DNA of 54,293 nt from a virus (lineage: Duplodnaviria; Heunggongvirae; Uroviricota; Caudoviricetes), in the IMG/VR virus record IMGVR_UViG_3300028797_000106; one strand, 5' to 3'. This document shows, piece by piece, positions 52,527-54,293 of this stretch (positions are counted from its first letter, which is position 1; each line of letters starts with the position of its first letter). The notes beneath the pieces are model-generated. The model saw only the letters and a list, made by a program, of their open reading frames with translations, was not told the origin of the DNA and searched no databases. A program made the position numbers and the translations under genes.

Positions 52527-53069
52527 ATGGAATTACAGGAAGCATTGGATAAGCTAAGCGCAGCTGGCATGATTGCCGAAGGCTGCTGTGGCGATAAGGA
52601 TAAGAAGGACTGCGACAGCAAATGTTCATGCGGCAAGGAAGGCTGCAAGGGCGAATGCGGCAAGGATAAAAAGAAGAAAAAGAAGAAGGAAATTGAAGAA
52701 GCACTTGATATCTTGGCTCAGTCAGGATTGGTCGCTGAATCATATTGGAGCAACAGCCGTCCTGAAACACGATACGGCAACCGCACAGGTGTTGCTGGAT
52801 ATACATTTCGCGGCGCCAAGCCAGAACGCAAATACGTCAAGATCTTGATTTGCCTTCGTGATGGCGAAAAGACAAAGGCTGAAGTTCATAGAGAACTTGG
52901 CATGCCTGACCCGACATCAAAGGAACATGAAAACTACTACTCATCAGTTTGGCAGGAAATGCGTAAGGCTGGATTGGTTGATTTTGAAAAGACCGGCGGC
53001 AAGACAATTTGGTTCATTACCCCACGCGGCATGGACCTGCTTGACGAAATCGGCGCTACTGAAAACTAA
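52527..53069 (+). CDS. Double-leader protein with Cys/Lys-rich peptide and winged-helix domain
   Basis: MELQEALDKLSAAGMIAEG and IEEALDILAQSGLVAES; CCGDK..CSCGKEGCKGEC; KTKAEVHRELG..EMRKAGLV..WFITPRG wHTH-like pattern. Confidence 0.65.
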   Translation: MELQEALDKLSAAGMIAEGCCGDKDKKDCDSKCSCGKEGCKGECGKDKKKKKKKEIEEALDILAQSGLVAESYWSNSRPETRYGNRTGVAGYTFRGAKPERKYVKILICLRDGEKTKAEVHRELGMPDPTSKEHENYYSSVWQEMRKAGLVDFEKTGGKTIWFITPRGMDLLDEIGATEN

Positions 53070-53080
53070 CTAAAGATTTT

Positions 53081-53106
53081 GGCGGGCCTAAAACGCCCGC
53101 CTTTTT
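53081..53106 (+). terminator. Intrinsic terminator
   Basis: GGCGGGC-CTAAAAC-GCCCGCC-TTTTT. Confidence 0.85.
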
Positions 53107-53111
53107 AGTCT

Positions 53112-53119
53112 TATAAATA
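53112..53119 (+). promoter_or_regulatory. T4-type late promoter
   Basis: TATAAATA right after a terminator. Confidence 0.75.
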
Positions 53120-53135
53120 CAATAAAGGAGAGTTT

Positions 53136-53609
53136 ATGAGCATCAAGACAATATACTTGGACATGGACGGAGTTTTGACAGACTTTAGACGAGGATGCGA
53201 AGACCAAGATGCTATTCAAGGAACTAAAGTTGATTGGCCTAAAATTCATAAGCTAGGAGCTGGCTTTTGGGCTGACTTGGAATGGTTAGAAGGTTCTGAG
53301 GCATTTTATAAGTGGCTAGTCAATTATTGTAAAGAACAGAAGTTGGACCTCTGCATTTTGTCAGCGGTCAATTATTCGGAAGGCGTTGCTGGTAAGCAGG
53401 CGTGGCTAGATAAGCACTGTCCTGAAATACCAAAGCAGAATCGTTACTTTGTCAACTTCGGTAAGCTGAAGAATAAGTATGCGTCTGAAACCGCAGCGCT
53501 GATTGACGATTTTGGTAAGAACATTGAAGCGTTCATTATGGCTAGTGGACGCGGTATCAAGTTTGAAAACCCAACACAGGCTAAAGAGGAAGTCACAAGA
53601 TTAGTATGA
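53136..53609 (+). CDS. HAD-family 5'(3')-deoxyribonucleotidase (NT5C-like)
   Basis: IYLDMDGVLTDF, FWADL.W, ILS, GK..WL, LIDD..KN. Confidence 0.85.
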   Translation: MSIKTIYLDMDGVLTDFRRGCEDQDAIQGTKVDWPKIHKLGAGFWADLEWLEGSEAFYKWLVNYCKEQKLDLCILSAVNYSEGVAGKQAWLDKHCPEIPKQNRYFVNFGKLKNKYASETAALIDDFGKNIEAFIMASGRGIKFENPTQAKEEVTRLV

Positions 53610-54293
53610 CCGATTTTGCTTCAGAATTCGCAAAGGTATTTAGCAATGGTTGTGCGCCACAAGGAACCGACTGGAACGCACCTCGTTATTTTGACAGTCT
53701 AAATAACCCTTGCTACGAAAAGGAAGCAGCTCTATTGAGTTCGCTGACTTCTGAGGCATACTCTCAATTTGGTTTTGAGGTCCAGTACTTTATCAAGAAG
53801 ATCTCGACCAAAGCCGACAAGATATACGGCGAAGATCCACTTGAAAATGTGGAACGCCGTTTCAGATTAAAGGTCTATGCCGAACAGATACCATCAATGC
53901 AGCGAACATATGAACTGCAAGGTATGAGCTACGATGAAATCATCGAGGTTCAGGCGACCATCTTACATTTTGAAGAAGCATCACAGGTTGACTTCGTTAC
54001 TGGCGAAGTGGCATGGAACAAAGTTGAACCGCAGATTGGCGACATCATGTATTTCCCGTGGTGTGATACCTATTATGAGGTGTTGAATGTCAAGCCGTTT
54101 GCGGAAGGAACCACATTCCTTTCAACACCTATCACATATACATTCAGTCTGCGTGCTTGGCGTAATTCTCACGAAAGCGTTGACTTGACAAAGGCCAATG
54201 ATGACAATATGGACCATCTTAGAAGCTATGTTGAGCTATCTGAGACATTCAACATTGACCACAAGACAGATGAGAACAAGTTTGAACATATTG
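53606..54293 (+). CDS. gp14: Neck protein (T4 gp14-like), 3'-truncated by the window (not in the ORF track)
   Basis: Open from ATG 53606 to the edge: ..SEAYSQFGFEVQYFIK..DKIYGEDP..PQIGDIMYFP..YEV..VK matches the gp14 pattern. Confidence 0.75.
   Translation, partial: MTDFASEFAKVFSNGCAPQGTDWNAPRYFDSLNNPCYEKEAALLSSLTSEAYSQFGFEVQYFIKKISTKADKIYGEDPLENVERRFRLKVYAEQIPSMQRTYELQGMSYDEIIEVQATILHFEEASQVDFVTGEVAWNKVEPQIGDIMYFPWCDTYYEVLNVKPFAEGTTFLSTPITYTFSLRAWRNSHESVDLTKANDDNMDHLRSYVELSETFNIDHKTDENKFEHI

Noticed and set aside
1192-52806. Numerous minus-strand and alternative-frame ORFs in the track (e.g. 1250-1783, 4726-5379, 19598-20311, 41583-42065, 52244-52663)
   Set aside because: They are shadows of well-supported + strand genes, lack SD/promoter support, and give hydrophobic or low-complexity antisense translations.
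1-54293. Stop-codon reassignment (TAG/TGA recoding seen in some large gut phages)
   Set aside because: Conserved genes are full length under code 11, and TAG/TGA stops are followed directly by new SD-led or overlapping genes.
1-54293. CRISPR array or tRNA cluster
   Set aside because: No regularly spaced direct repeats or cloverleaf sequences were found by eye. A dedicated scan would be needed to fully exclude them.

Overview
A 54 kb segment of a large T4-like (myovirus/jumbo-type) dsDNA phage genome. Essentially every gene is on the + strand, densely packed, in genetic code 11. Recognisable T4-type core genes: sliding clamp gp45, clamp loader gp44/gp62, RNase H, dCMP deaminase, dimeric dUTPase, type IIA topoisomerase (two subunits), gp2-like end protector, gp15 tail completion protein, gp14 neck protein (truncated by the window), and TATAAATA late promoters. 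Accessory genes: RtcB, a bacterial-type PARG macrodomain, five unrelated phosphoesterase folds, an atypical C5 DNA methyltransferase, an amidase endolysin, two tandem GroES-like genes, ClpP, SpoVG, IF-1, a radical SAM + GT92-like pair and a GT2-like enzyme. The most unusual signals are: (1) a family of proteins with shared protease-cleavable N-terminal leaders carrying different cargo (ART-like, nuclease-like, HTH-AAA+ ATPase, wHTH), probably capsid-packaged effectors; (2) a ~300 nt highly structured non-coding RNA candidate at 19.0-19.3 kb; (3) a phage-specific semi-palindromic box at a fixed 41-42 bp from the -10 of replication-gene promoters; (4) promoters whose -35 sits in a hairpin loop, plus many apparently leaderless mRNAs. 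All family assignments come from motif recognition by eye; no database search was run. The host cannot be determined, although strong Shine-Dalgarno use and sigma70-type promoters argue against a Bacteroidota-style expression system.
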